Below the pieces are notes generated by a model that saw nothing but the letters and a program-made list of their open reading frames with translations, ran no database searches and was not told the DNA's origin. Below are positions 52,191 to 64,000 of a stretch of DNA of 64,000 nucleotides, one piece after another; position 1 is the stretch's first letter; every line of letters starts with the position of its first letter. Where the stretch lies: the NCBI GenBank assembly GCA_964016885.1, contig OZ024742.1, positions 317,998,001 to 318,062,000 of the forward strand, written 5' to 3'. Position numbers and translations under genes: made by a program. Source of the stretch: Eledone cirrhosa. Lineage: Eukaryota.

Positions 52191-54792
52191 ATGTATGTTC
52201 TACTTTTTGGGTAAATGCATTCGATGTTCAGAGAGTGGGATTGGCACTGTGCAAAGTCTTTCCTCACTTAAAAAAGCTTCAAGCAGAGTCATTGCTTGAT
52301 ATGTGACATTTTTTGCGATGGATGGAATTGCTGGCTATAGGCAAGTAGTCCCTAGCATGACTAACAAGCCATGTCCGTAATGTTCATGCTTAAGTATCAA
52401 GTGATGGCATTACTCGAAATCGAGTTGCAGCCATGTATGTATGTATAAATTGGAATGTTAAGCGGAACTCAGATTCCAACCACTTTTGAATAGTTCCACC
52501 CCACATTCCAGTTAAGTAATACTATTGAGCGATTTCTAACAATCAAGTAACTGTGGTCAGAACTGAAAGTCTTTCATTATAATAAAATGGCAGCTCAATA
52601 TTCTTAGTATAACTTTTATATAAGTTCTTGTCTTATGTGAATCCTAATGCTTGTCCGTGTGAATTTTAATATTTGGGGAAGGGCATTTATAGAAGCTATG
52701 GTACAATTTGGCAGAGTCTTGAGAATAGTATACTGTGAAACAGTATATGTGAAACAAAGGCAGTAAAGAACAAAGCCAAGTTATACGCAAACAAGCATGA
52801 TAGCTCTCTACAAGAAACAGTAACATACATCAAACAAATGGCAGACAACTGCGAAAATCGGTGAACTATGTTCAATGGCTAACAGCGGCGCTACTTCATA
52901 AGAGTCTAGTTCGATTCTTTGTGAAGATTACATATTGATTTCCTTTATTGGTACAATGCCTCAAATATGGCATAAGAAAACAATCTAGTATAACAACCTC
53001 AGTACTTAATCGATATTATATGATTTAAGTACTAAACAAGTGGCAAGTATTATCGATCCCGGAAAGATGAAAACAAAGTCGTATAATAATACTCTACTTG
53101 CGCAAAGCTAACTTTGATGTGTAAAATTGGGGGTTTACTGCTGCTTCTCCTCATCCTTCTTCGCCCACTTCTTCGCCATTTCTGGGAGGATCACAGGGGC
53201 AGAGTCCTCAAGCACACCTTCCAGTGGGTCCTGTCATTACCTTATTTCTTATAAAAACACAAGGGCCACATAATTATTGTCGGAATGTGTGAGGTGGAGT
53301 CGATTAAGTCAGCCTTAACACATAAGAACTGGTATTTTTATCCAGCCTCAAATCTGAGAATTTGGTCTTCAGAATGTAAAACAATATTTAGTTAAGTTAT
53401 TGAATAATCGGTAAGGCATGAAACTCGAGTCATTAAAAGAGAAATATGCGTATATATCATCATCTCCATTTTACGTCCATTTCTCCATGCTGGCGTGGTT
53501 TGGACATGTCATTATAGTTCAAAGCAAGGCAAGTTCGAAACCACGTCTTCCTCATGTGTTCATTTTTTTTTTTTTTGTGGTTTCTACAGTTGGATGTCCT
53601 TTTTATCGCCAACCACTTTACGTGTATGTATGTGTGTGTGCTTGTTTATCGATAGAGGCCATACACATTGATTGATAAGACAAGTAGAAATGTAAGGTAA
53701 GTTTGCGAGCATGTGCTTCTAATAAAACAACATTTTAAATGTTATTAAAAGCACGCACGCACGCATGCACACACACACACACCATCATTGTTAAAAATTA
53801 GGTGTGTTTCTTTTGTGTAAAATACCAACATTTACCAGTACACACTCGTAGAGTGCCGACAAACAGTTTACCTCCAATTAAGAATAATTTATACTTCCCA
53901 ATTCGATTTTTTCATTATTTCAACTTATATTACTTTATAAACTACACCCACAATATCGATCCAAACCTGTTTGTGACTAATGACTTCAAAGTCTGATGAG
54001 GCCAGTACAAAACTTTGAAGTCTGCCAAACTTTTTCCTGTAAAAAAAAAAAAAAAAATTATATATTCTAATTACCGTATGAATTCTCAGATCCCAAATAA
54101 TGGGGGGGGGGGGGGCGGTAATTTTTCTAGGTTGTAACTGATGATATTAAAAAAAACGGAATTAGTGGTTTAGTTTACATATTGAGATCTCAACCCATCC
54201 TATTAATTTTGTAATGAATGGGACTTCTAGTAATGTACTTTTTTCGTCATGTATAAAGTTTTTTAACGTCTAAAGAAAATTAATTGTCGCAGGAATGCTA
54301 CCACATAAAATAATATGATAGATTTGCAACATTTAATAAGCGGGTGGCGGGGCAGTATCTGAAACCCGAGTACGTAAATGTTTTCACTTTGGAGGTGAAT
54401 ATTACACTGGTTTCACTTTGGAGGTAAATATTACACCATTTCATTTCGATGTGAAATTCGTATTTCCTATTGGTTTTGAAGTGTTTTCAAAACGGTCGAA
54501 AATACGTAAAAAATAAAACATTTCGTAATGGAATTGTGAAACAAAAAACTATATGCTAAACGACACTTTAAATATCAAAACTTCATAACTATATTCTCCA
54601 CTCATGAAGATTTCAAAACTGCACCATCTAAACATAATGTGTTGATTACCTGCCTCGACTTATAAACGGGGTTTGGATTTTTGCATATTTCTCAGACATA
54701 AAATAGAGAGTCAACTTATGTTCCGACCGGCTTGTATTTGAATAAATGTATTGAGTGTGTATTCACTGGCAGTAATTGTTTGATTGGTCTTC

Positions 54793-54867
<75 letters not shown>

Positions 54868-55337
54868 TATGAAGAGAGAAGAAACATTTAGATATAATTA
54901 GTAATAAAATGTATCATACCTAAACTGCTCCTAGATTCCTCGACTACGTAGTTTCGTGGCATAAACAAAAACAATACATCATAAAGATATAGAGTCCCTG
55001 CGAGGTCTGCCGACTTATCAAGAGGATACCTCATTTTACTAGTCTCAAGAACGCGTCTACACGACATGAGAAAGAATCCCAAAAGGCGGAGGGGGAGATA
55101 GTCACGCGATATAACGGTCGAGAAACAGAGCTAAGCCTCTTATAACCCCGAAGAAAATACCACGGAGGCGGAGGGGGCATTTATATCGAAGCCGTAGAAG
55201 AGGTGGTGAAGGAGGCGAGAAGTATGAGTAATGGAAGCTTTTCAGCAGTCCCCACACTTCTAAGATTGCTCGACCAGAGTGAGTTATTAACAATATATTT
55301 AGAAACACACAGAGACATGCGGACACACACATATACA

Positions 55338-55373
<36 letters not shown>

Positions 55374-56459
55374 TAGGAATAACCAAGAGTGCTTAGAAAT
55401 ACATTGTTTTATTAGCTAACAGTGTTTCATCCATACACCATGGTAGGAGTATATCAGTAGTTGCATGCTCCATCGAGCTGCGTCACCAGAACAAGGTTAA
55501 AGGACCAGCAGGGGGAATAAATGTTCGGTGAATCCATACGTACATATATATATGTGTGCATGTATATATATCTATACGTGCATGTATATATATATGCTAC
55601 TGTACGTCTGTATACATATATGTATGTACGTATACATACTTATATTTAAGTAACAGCCGTACTAAGAGTGAGAAATGAAATTTCGTTTCATTTTTTCCGT
55701 TTATATATATTATGTTATTACTCTAAGGATCTACCCTTATTGAGTGCTTTGCTAACTCATTCATATTGTAGGTCGACTTTGCTTGCCCACAGCCAAAGCT
55801 TCGATTTTACTAAGTTTCAACTTGTATATATATATGTATATGTATATATATGTGGGGGGGGGGTTCTTCTGGTTTTATAATTTCACAATGGTTTGCCAAT
55901 TGAGAGAGTTGGATTCTAACAGACACAAGACTCTCTAATTTATACAACATCAACTAGGTAGATATGTATGCATGTCTGCATGCATGTGTGTGCAGGTATG
56001 GATGCTATTGTATGTGTATGTTTTGAGTTGTATGTGTGCATATGCTTTGTATCTGTACATATGTATATGCAGTTATTAGATGCAAAATTTTTGGAATGTT
56101 TTATATGTGTGTGTGTGTGTGTGCGTGTGTGTGAAAGCACATGACCTAAGGGGTTAGGGCTGAATTCACGATCATAATATGGTGGCCTCGTGTACTCCGG
56201 CAAGACGATTGATTTCACTCGGCTGGGGAAGGGGGCGTATCAGGTAGAGTGCTTGGCGATATTTGTTCCGGCTGACCAAGCATGATCTAAGATACTTGAG
56301 TTCTGTAGAACACAGCCTTTGAGAAACAGGATTCCTGCATAGAACAATTGGAGGGAGGGTTTCGGCAGTTACAGACTGCTGCGTGTAGTGGCGGCTGTGT
56401 GGGCGAATGTTTTCTTTCTTTAGGATAAACAACGCATCAAAAAGAATGCAGTACAATGA

Positions 56460-56569
<110 letters not shown>

Positions 56570-56730
56570 AATACTGTTGGCTTTTTGCTACAATATTTTC
56601 TATACCTTTCATTTATTTATATATATAAATATATATATATATATGGAAAGTTATATTTAAATTGTTGGGTTACAACTAGTAAATATTTATAACTGATATA
56701 AAAGCACTCGACAAGTATTTGGAGTATATT

Positions 56731-57101
56731 TACGATATTAAATAAATGGAAACTATATTTATAAAACCATATCTATTTCATTATATATATTTCAGGGATA
56801 TCATATTAACAATATGCTATGCCTTCCTCAGACAAAATACAATATAAACAGTTTTATAGATAAATAGATTTGACATACCGTACAACATCGACTTGTATTT
56901 GAAAAGTTGAATTGGCAGTGCAATTCAACTTTTCAAATACAAGTCGATGTTGTACGGTATGTCAAATCTATTTATCTATAAAACTGTTTATATTGTATTT
57001 TGTCTGAGGAAGGCATAGCATATTGTTAATATGATATCCCTGAAATATATATAATGAAATAGATATGGTTTTATAAATATAGTTTCCATTTATTTAATAT
57101 C

Positions 57102-57104
<3 letters not shown>
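56731..57104. mobile_element. Fold-back palindrome, HHR family I, flanked by (TA)n
   Basis: About 184-bp arms, identical by eye, with a 6-bp spacer gcagtg. Confidence 0.9.
56998..57059 (+). ncRNA. Hammerhead ribozyme (family I); antisense twin in the left arm
   Basis: Stem I ttttgt/atgaaa; CTGAGGA 57004-57010; stem II agg..catatt-gtt-aatatg..cct; GAAA-tatata-TA. Confidence 0.8.
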
Positions 57105-57145
<41 letters not shown>

Positions 57146-57154
57146 TGTGTGTGC

Positions 57155-57233
<79 letters not shown>

Positions 57234-57448
57234 TCTGTGTACTCAGTTATTATTTATTTCCTCTTTATCTGGTTAGACTTCATTTTTTTCAATTTCCCGC
57301 AACTGTGTTTCCTCACAACGACCAATTGACGCATCTTCTATATAAGAAGTCACGTGTCACTACAAGCCTGATACTGGTACATTTATGGTAAGGACTAGGA
57401 TTGTGTGTGTTATTATAGACAAACGTTTCCGTTTGAGCTTGAACGATA

Positions 57449-57542
57449 AACCTGATGAGGACATACAGCAGCGTTCGTTATGTAATGTCTGCAGATATTA
57501 CATAATTACTGTGAATAATAGTATATACGAAACGACGTAGTT
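57449..57542 (+). ncRNA. Hammerhead ribozyme with a long stem II (family J)
   Basis: aac-CTGATGA-(about 70 nt containing ttatgtaat/attacataa)-GAAAC-gac-GTA-gtt. Confidence 0.65.
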
Positions 57543-57675
57543 GCAAAACAAACTCCTTAACCCCACAGCATGCTTTGGTACGATAATCAGAGTCAATTGT
57601 TTCACTTTTCCTGGACAAAGAAAAGAAACACGCCACCTCCGCCATTTAAGTGAACTAATTTAATATAAAATATGG

Positions 57676-57836
57676 CAGACCTGCCAACCTCTAAAACTCC
57701 AAACGGGGAGTACCATGAAAAGAGTGCCTCAAAACGGGGAGAAATGGGGCAAAATGGGGAGATTTTACACAATGAAAACTAAAGCCATTTCACAAGAGAT
57801 GTCTCTTACCCACCCCAAAGAGGAGAGTTGACAGTT
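57676..57836. mobile_element. MITE, same family as 62011-62205
   Basis: Starts CAGACCTGCCAACCTCTAAAA..CGGGGAG; degenerate right end. Confidence 0.6.
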
Positions 57837-58306
57837 CCGGTGTTATCCAGAAACAACATAAATACATGGAACTTGTTTTCATGCCTATGTATTTAATCCA
57901 ATCAACGTAATTTATTTATTTCGATATAATCAATGTAATTAATTTAGTTAAGTAGAATTAGCATAATTTATTTTGTTTTGATATAATCAGTCTGATTAAT
58001 TAACTTGTTTTGTATATTTCATGAATTAATGTCTATAATAAAACCTGATTAGCTCAGGTACGATATCTTTTTATCATCATCATCATTATTATTATCATTA
58101 TAAAAGCAGTAGTGTGGTGGATTGGCAGAATCGGTAGAGCGTCGGACAACATGCTATAGGGCATAGAGTTACGACAGTTAACGTTCTGAATTTAACTCCA
58201 CCGAGGTTACCTTTGACTTTCATCATTACGGTGTCGATATATTAAGTACCAGTAATGCACTGAGGTCGATTTAATCGACTTTCTCCTCCCCAAAAATCGT
58301 TGGCCT

Positions 58307-60494
58307 TGTAGCGGTTGTCTCCCTTGTTTGGGTTATCATCTAGACGGGAAGTAGAACCCTTTCTGCAACTTCCGGTCAGAACCCTATAAAACTAACAACT
58401 TTAGGTTCTCGCTCTCTCATTGCCTTTTCGGCACCAGGTCAAGAGCCTCTCATTTGGCTCTGCCATTCATTTGGCCAACAGGCGCCTGGCCTTAGCCGGG
58501 CGTCCTCTGCCAGCCGCGTTTGCCTGGCAATCAAAACGGTAACTACTAACTTTGCTTCATTCTATCATCCTCATCTTTGACATGTCAACTATACTATATA
58601 CCATTGTTAATTAAATATATATCTACACAAACAATGTATTCCTTGTTACATTCATACAACGCCTATTCTCCTCGCTATATTGGTGACCCTGACATGATAC
58701 GAACACGCAGCCGTTCATCGCTATAAGTGGTCACCCCAAAAAAATTAAAAAAATAGCACATCTGGTTTTGTGTGAGTAACATTACGAATACACAGCAAAT
58801 TTATCGACAAACTATGAAAATACTCAAGGACACGCACACACGCACATGTGGAATTCGCACAGACAGACCTTTTTCTCTCACGCATCAACTAACTGTCGCA
58901 TTTCACTAATATATATATGTTTCTCGTTTCTTACAACGAACACTTTCAAAAAAAAAAAAAAAAAAAACATTTCACGATATATATATATGTTTCTTGTTTC
59001 TTACAACGAACTCTTTCAAAACAAAAAAAATTTGATATTCTTTAAAAAAACATTTCAACAGGAACATTTATTTTCGATGAACCATTGCCTTTTTGTTCAT
59101 CGTTTTCTTCATCGTTCAAGTTTTTTTTTCCCAAAGTTCACACCAATAATTATGCTGAGTGAAGCCTTTCTTTTTCATCATTGTCACTTTCAAAATTGCA
59201 CTATCATTTTCTCGCGCGTTAGAAATATTATTTTTTTCAACCTTGTATTGGCACGTGTAGGCAGCACAAATTCTCGATTCACAGAGATGTCTCTACTCAC
59301 AGACATAGCCGCACGCCAGAGATAACATTTCTCGCCAAGGATTCTTCAGCCTTAAGCTATATTCTTCTATTTGCCGGTTTATAAATTTACAATGTAAATT
59401 TACCGTTGATAACCGCGCATTTATTAAGAATGCTTATTTCTCTGGTCGCTGGCCTCTTGACCCTTCCCGGTCAACGCATTCTCAACATCGACCATCAACT
59501 TCGGCTGCTATTTCTAGCACTTTGCGCAACTCATTTTTTCTGAAAATTTTTTTGTTTACTGTGAATTTAAACACCGAATACGCTCACTCAGCAGCAACAC
59601 CAACAGCAATATAACAGCAACAGCAGCAGCAACAGCAATATAACAGCAACAGCAATACAGCAGCACCAGCAATACAGCAGCAGCAGCAACAGCAACAGCA
59701 ATACATCAACACAGCTTCACCAACAACCAAAGCCAGAGAATTTATTTTTGCAGCACTCTTCCTGTGAGAAAATCCATTCGGATGTTGGAAATTTCACGAT
59801 ATACCACAGAACAGAAACCACCTGCATTCATTCTCTGGAACACACTTTCTTTCCTGCTGGCATGTGATTGCACACCTGTGAACTATATTTTGTACATTTG
59901 AACTTTGAGCTCTTCTCTTACTTTATTACATTGTATCTTTGGGTGATGGATAGATGGATGTCCAGTCGTTCTCTGGCCAAGAGCGGTTGACTACCTTGAT
60001 ATCTATCATTGATTTTTCCAAACATTCTTTTGTCGTAATTGTCATGCCTGTTACAACATTCTCGCCAACTTGCTACATATTTTCATTTCGATTTTTATAC
60101 ACTAAAATTCTGGCGGGAGGTTATGTAGCGGTTGTCTCCCTTGTTTGGGTTATCAGCTAGACGGGAAGTAGAACCCTTTCTGCAACTTCCGGTCAGAACC
60201 CTATAAAACTAACAACTTTAGGTTCTCGCTCTCTCATTGCCTTTTCGGCACCAGGTCAAGAGCCTCTCATTTGGCTCTGCCATTCATTTGGCCAACAGGC
60301 ACCTGGCCTTAGCCAGGCGTCCTCTGCCAGCCGCGTTTGCCTGGCAATCAAAACGGTAACTACTAACTTTGCTTCATTCTATCATCCTCATCTTTGACAT
60401 GTCAACTATACTATATACCATTGTTAATTAAATATATATCTACACAAACAATGTATTCCTTGTTACATTCATACAACCCAGTATTCTCGCTATA
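58307..60494 (+). mobile_element. Non-autonomous LTR retrotransposon, copy 2 (complete)
   Basis: LTRs 58307-58679 and 60124-60494 (TGTAGCG..CGCTATA), near-identical; 4-bp TSD GCCT inside a SINE; PBS from 58681; PPT ctggcgggaggtta; non-coding interior with a CAG/CAA tract. Confidence 0.92.
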
Positions 60495-60509
60495 GCCTTG
60501 TGCCTATAT

Positions 60510-60705
60510 CATTGGTGGATTGGCAGTATCGGTAGAGGGTTGGACGCCATGCTTTGCAGCAAAGGGTTACAGCCCTTTATGGTCTGAGTTCATATCCCGC
60601 CGAGGTTAACTTTGCCTTTCATTCTTACGGGGTCGATAAAATAAAGTACCAGTAATACACTGGGATAATTGATGGCCTTGTGCCAAAAGTGGAAACAATT
60701 ATTAT
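60510..60705 (+). mobile_element. Nin/Deu-type tRNA SINE
   Basis: Recurrent family motifs. Confidence 0.8.
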
Positions 60706-60795
60706 TTTTGGATACTCTATAATATATATGTGACTGTTCGTATTGTAAATTTAATAATATACTGCATGTTTATTTAAAAACATTTTAAAGGCCTT

Positions 60796-60933
<138 letters not shown>

Positions 60934-62010
60934 TCTCTGTGTCTGTGTGTGCATTCAACTGAGGTCTTTCAAAATTATTTACGCCCGGTATGTTTTATTT
61001 CATGCTTGGGCGTGCCAAGCTGGTTAGACAGTGTATTTTTTTATCACTCATATAACTCATCAAATAGAAAATGTTTCCTCGCTTTTAGATTCTAAGTTCT
61101 GTTGTTTTATCATGTTTGAATTTACAATAAGAAAATTAAGTTTAGTCAGCGTTCTACCCGGTACATATGGAAGTTCAGTGATTTGTTCTAATAACTTAAT
61201 TCTTTTCTCGGATTTAAAACTTCGCCCGGAATTTTTTGCAGATAGAATTTCAAGTCGGTTCAACCTTTATTCAAACATCTTTATACGACACACAACGAGA
61301 TGAATGAATAGTCTTTGGTTCTCACCAATGTTCTAAAGGACAAAAGAACTAAAGAGAGACCTTTCCCTTTGAGCCAACCTTTTACTTAACATAATTACAA
61401 CAGATTTTGAACGAACAGCCATTAAGGATTTTAGAGCAGTTTTCCAAATGTAACTAAAAAAAGATTTTTTTTTCACCTATTTCTCTCATTCAAACAAATA
61501 GTTTACAGCAATTAAACGAAAATAGCAGAATCTGCGTTGCTGTGCACGATTGCAGCCATAGTGTCTGTGATGTCTTAAATGTAGTTCATTCTTTTGAATA
61601 TTTATACGATAATAATGGGTTTCCTGAAGAGGCTCAGCCAGTTTCAAATTATGTAACTGAATGTCGTCTTTTATACCGACATTCTTACCTTTAATATACA
61701 CTTTTCAGTTTGACTGAGGCCTATGAGGGTGCCTCAAAAACAAACAAAACTTGTGGAGACAAGCATGATTCATTGGATTGATTAAGGCATCCTATCCTAC
61801 GATTTGGAAACTTTTAGAAGTCTTGGGAAAATCTCAAGAAACGAAGTAATAACTAAACAGTGTATCACTTGTGCAGTGATTCACAAAATGAAATACAAAG
61901 TACAGTGAGAATTTAATACATCAACAATAAATATCGAGCTTACAAAACGTTGGATTATTTTAGACACATAGCTCATAACTTGTCTTTTTAGAATTTCTTT
62001 CTTTCTTCCA

Positions 62011-62205
62011 CAGACCTGCCAACCTCTAAAACCCCAAACGGGGAGTACCATGAAAAAAAATGCCCCAAAACGGGGAGAAATGAGGCAAAATGGGGAGATT
62101 TTACATAATGAAAGCTATACCCATTTTCACAAGAGAAGACAACTCTGACCCATCCCAAGTGGGTGGAAGATCTCCCCCGTTGGACGGGGAAAGTTGATAG
62201 GTCTG
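62011..62205. mobile_element. MITE with a 6-bp TSD
   Basis: TIR CAGACCTGCCAAC / GTTGATAGGTCTG; cttcca duplicated at 62005-62010 and 62206-62211. Confidence 0.75.
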
Positions 62206-63314
62206 CTTCCAATTTAAAATATTTTATGAAATTTTTGGATATTTTGTTTTCAAAAGTAACCAATTTGATTTTTGGTTTTATCGTTTCGTGTATATATACT
62301 GAGTAAATTTGATATTAATAACAATTTTTATCTTTGAATTTCTTTTTCATTGTTAACGAAAGTTAATGTATTTATTTACTCAGTGAATAAAAACTTTAAT
62401 GTTTCGCTATGTATTTACTTTGCAGATAAATAGCATGACAACGAGTTTATCGCCATTTTTAGTATGACGGTGAATTTACCAGACGATGAAATTACAGGCG
62501 ATATAATTTCCTCGATATAATTACAGCGTTAAATTTACCAAACTAGATGCCACCAGACAGAGTACTAGGTTTGACTGATTCGACCTAATTTCTAGAAGTT
62601 TGTACCAGTAAGACTGCAGTCTAACAGATACATACACTTGACCTGCTAGAAGTAGCTGCCAAATCCCCCTCAAATATCGCCCTAAAAGAAAGGAAAAGGT
62701 AAAGCCTATAAAAGGGTGGAGCCTTGGGTACCTTTCACCCGATCCTAAGAATTTTTTGTCATCACAAGAAATGCTTACATATATTGAAGACTGGCATTCC
62801 TATTTTGGGAGAGGGCTCTGAAAGAAATTTTGTGCCATCTCTCCCGATAAAATTCCTCTCGGAAGCCCTGGGAAGGACATATTAGATAATGTAATCCCAG
62901 ATGTATTACAACTGAAAACAAGACAGGGTGGTTACTGCTAGAATGCCTTTTATCATAGGTCGTTCCACTCAAGGCTGACATGGGACTAAACAAAGCCATA
63001 CATATAGTAGAATATATATATGCACGCAAATGCCCTGAATTCAAATCCTGTCGAAGTCAATTTTACTTTTCGTCTTTTCTAAAACGCCTCAAGCCCCGAG
63101 CTTCATTAGGCTGGTGATTATCCCGATTTCCATGGGGTTAAGCGACTGAGAGTACAAGACGTCAGTCTATCGCAGGGTTAAACCACCAGCTACTGCTGGT
63201 ATTCATTTTTCAGCTGAACATACTGGAGCAATGTAAAGTGAAGTGTTTTGCTCGAGAACAGAACACAACCCAGTTCAGAAATCAAACCTACGACATAATG
63301 AGAGCAAGTCTAAG

Positions 63315-63465
63315 GGGTGGGAGAAGTCGATTAAATCGACCCCAGTGCGTTACTAGTACTTTGTTTTATCGATCCTGTAAGGATGAAAGGCAAAGTTAAT
63401 TTCGATGGGATTTGAAATCGGAACGTAAAGGGCCGACGCTCTACCGATACTGCCAATCCACCACC
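63315..63465 (-). mobile_element. Nin/Deu-type SINE
   Basis: Reverse complement of the family motifs. Confidence 0.7.
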
Positions 63466-64000
63466 ATATAGTCCAGTATATATAGTTAAAACCGACCGGC
63501 TGGAGACCCAAAGCAAGATGGTCGGATAACATCGGATCAGTAGGAGACGGTTGCTTATGACAGGACCCACTGGAAGGAGTGTTTGCGGACTCTGCCCCCA
63601 AGACTATCTCAGGAATAATAATCAGTTAAAATGTGATGATGCATTTTTGATTTTTTCTCCTTGTTGATTTTCGTTCCTGTTTCTACCCCATAAAGAAATA
63701 TCGAAATGATAGATTACATTTAACCACTTTAACAATGAATTTGGATTTGTTAAAGACACAAAAAATAACTTTCCCAATTTTTTTTTCTTCGTACGTTCGT
63801 ATAGCTCGTAAGTAGTGAAATGGAACTAGGGGTACATTAAGGTATGTGAGACTAAGGTTGCGAAGGATGGAGTAGATGTTATAAGACATGCCTCCACAAA
63901 AAGTGAATAAAGCAGGGAAATGCCGTCCCTTATGTCGTCACTTTCTCCTTCACGCCCGATTCCATTACTAATGGTTTGTCATCACAATTGTTTTTCTACT

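Noticed and set aside
61030-61700. Possible decayed hAT transposase on the - strand
   Set aside because: Only faint motif resemblance (WLKGK) with many frame breaks; not supportable by eye
62779-62910. Candidate - strand exon with AG/GT boundaries
   Set aside because: It overlaps a recurrent interspersed repeat (similar to about 2940-3080 and 27480-27560) and the peptide is unremarkable

Overview
This is AT-rich, intron-scale eukaryotic DNA saturated with microsatellites and transposons. The SINE and LINE repertoire suggests a coleoid cephalopod, probably Octopus (inference). Host content is small: a + strand terminal exon (11214-12109) for a single-pass membrane protein with an IgGFc-binding-like domain, and a short - strand terminal exon (40731-40881) missed by the ORF track. 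Most ORFs in the track are microsatellite artefacts. Mobile elements include tRNA-derived SINEs (Nin/Deu-type and CORE-type), RTE and R4/Dong-like LINE fragments, a decayed hAT transposase element, hAT MITEs and a mariner end. There are also two copies of a non-coding LTR element primed by tRNA-Trp, and Penelope-like (Naiad-type) RT and GIY-YIG sequences. The main hidden signal is at least nine unrelated families of short elements, each carrying a hand-foldable hammerhead ribozyme (HHR). They sit in or beside (TA)n tracts, often as long fold-back palindromes. One is a terminally redundant retrozyme-like monomer and three carry octamer motifs. A candidate mobiliser (PLE RT + GIY-YIG) is in the same window. 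Other oddities are a 32-nt tRNA-Trp primer site with a mismatch at the m1A58 position and a palindromic MITE holding two convergent Pol III units. All folding and alignment was done by eye, so repeat boundaries are approximate.
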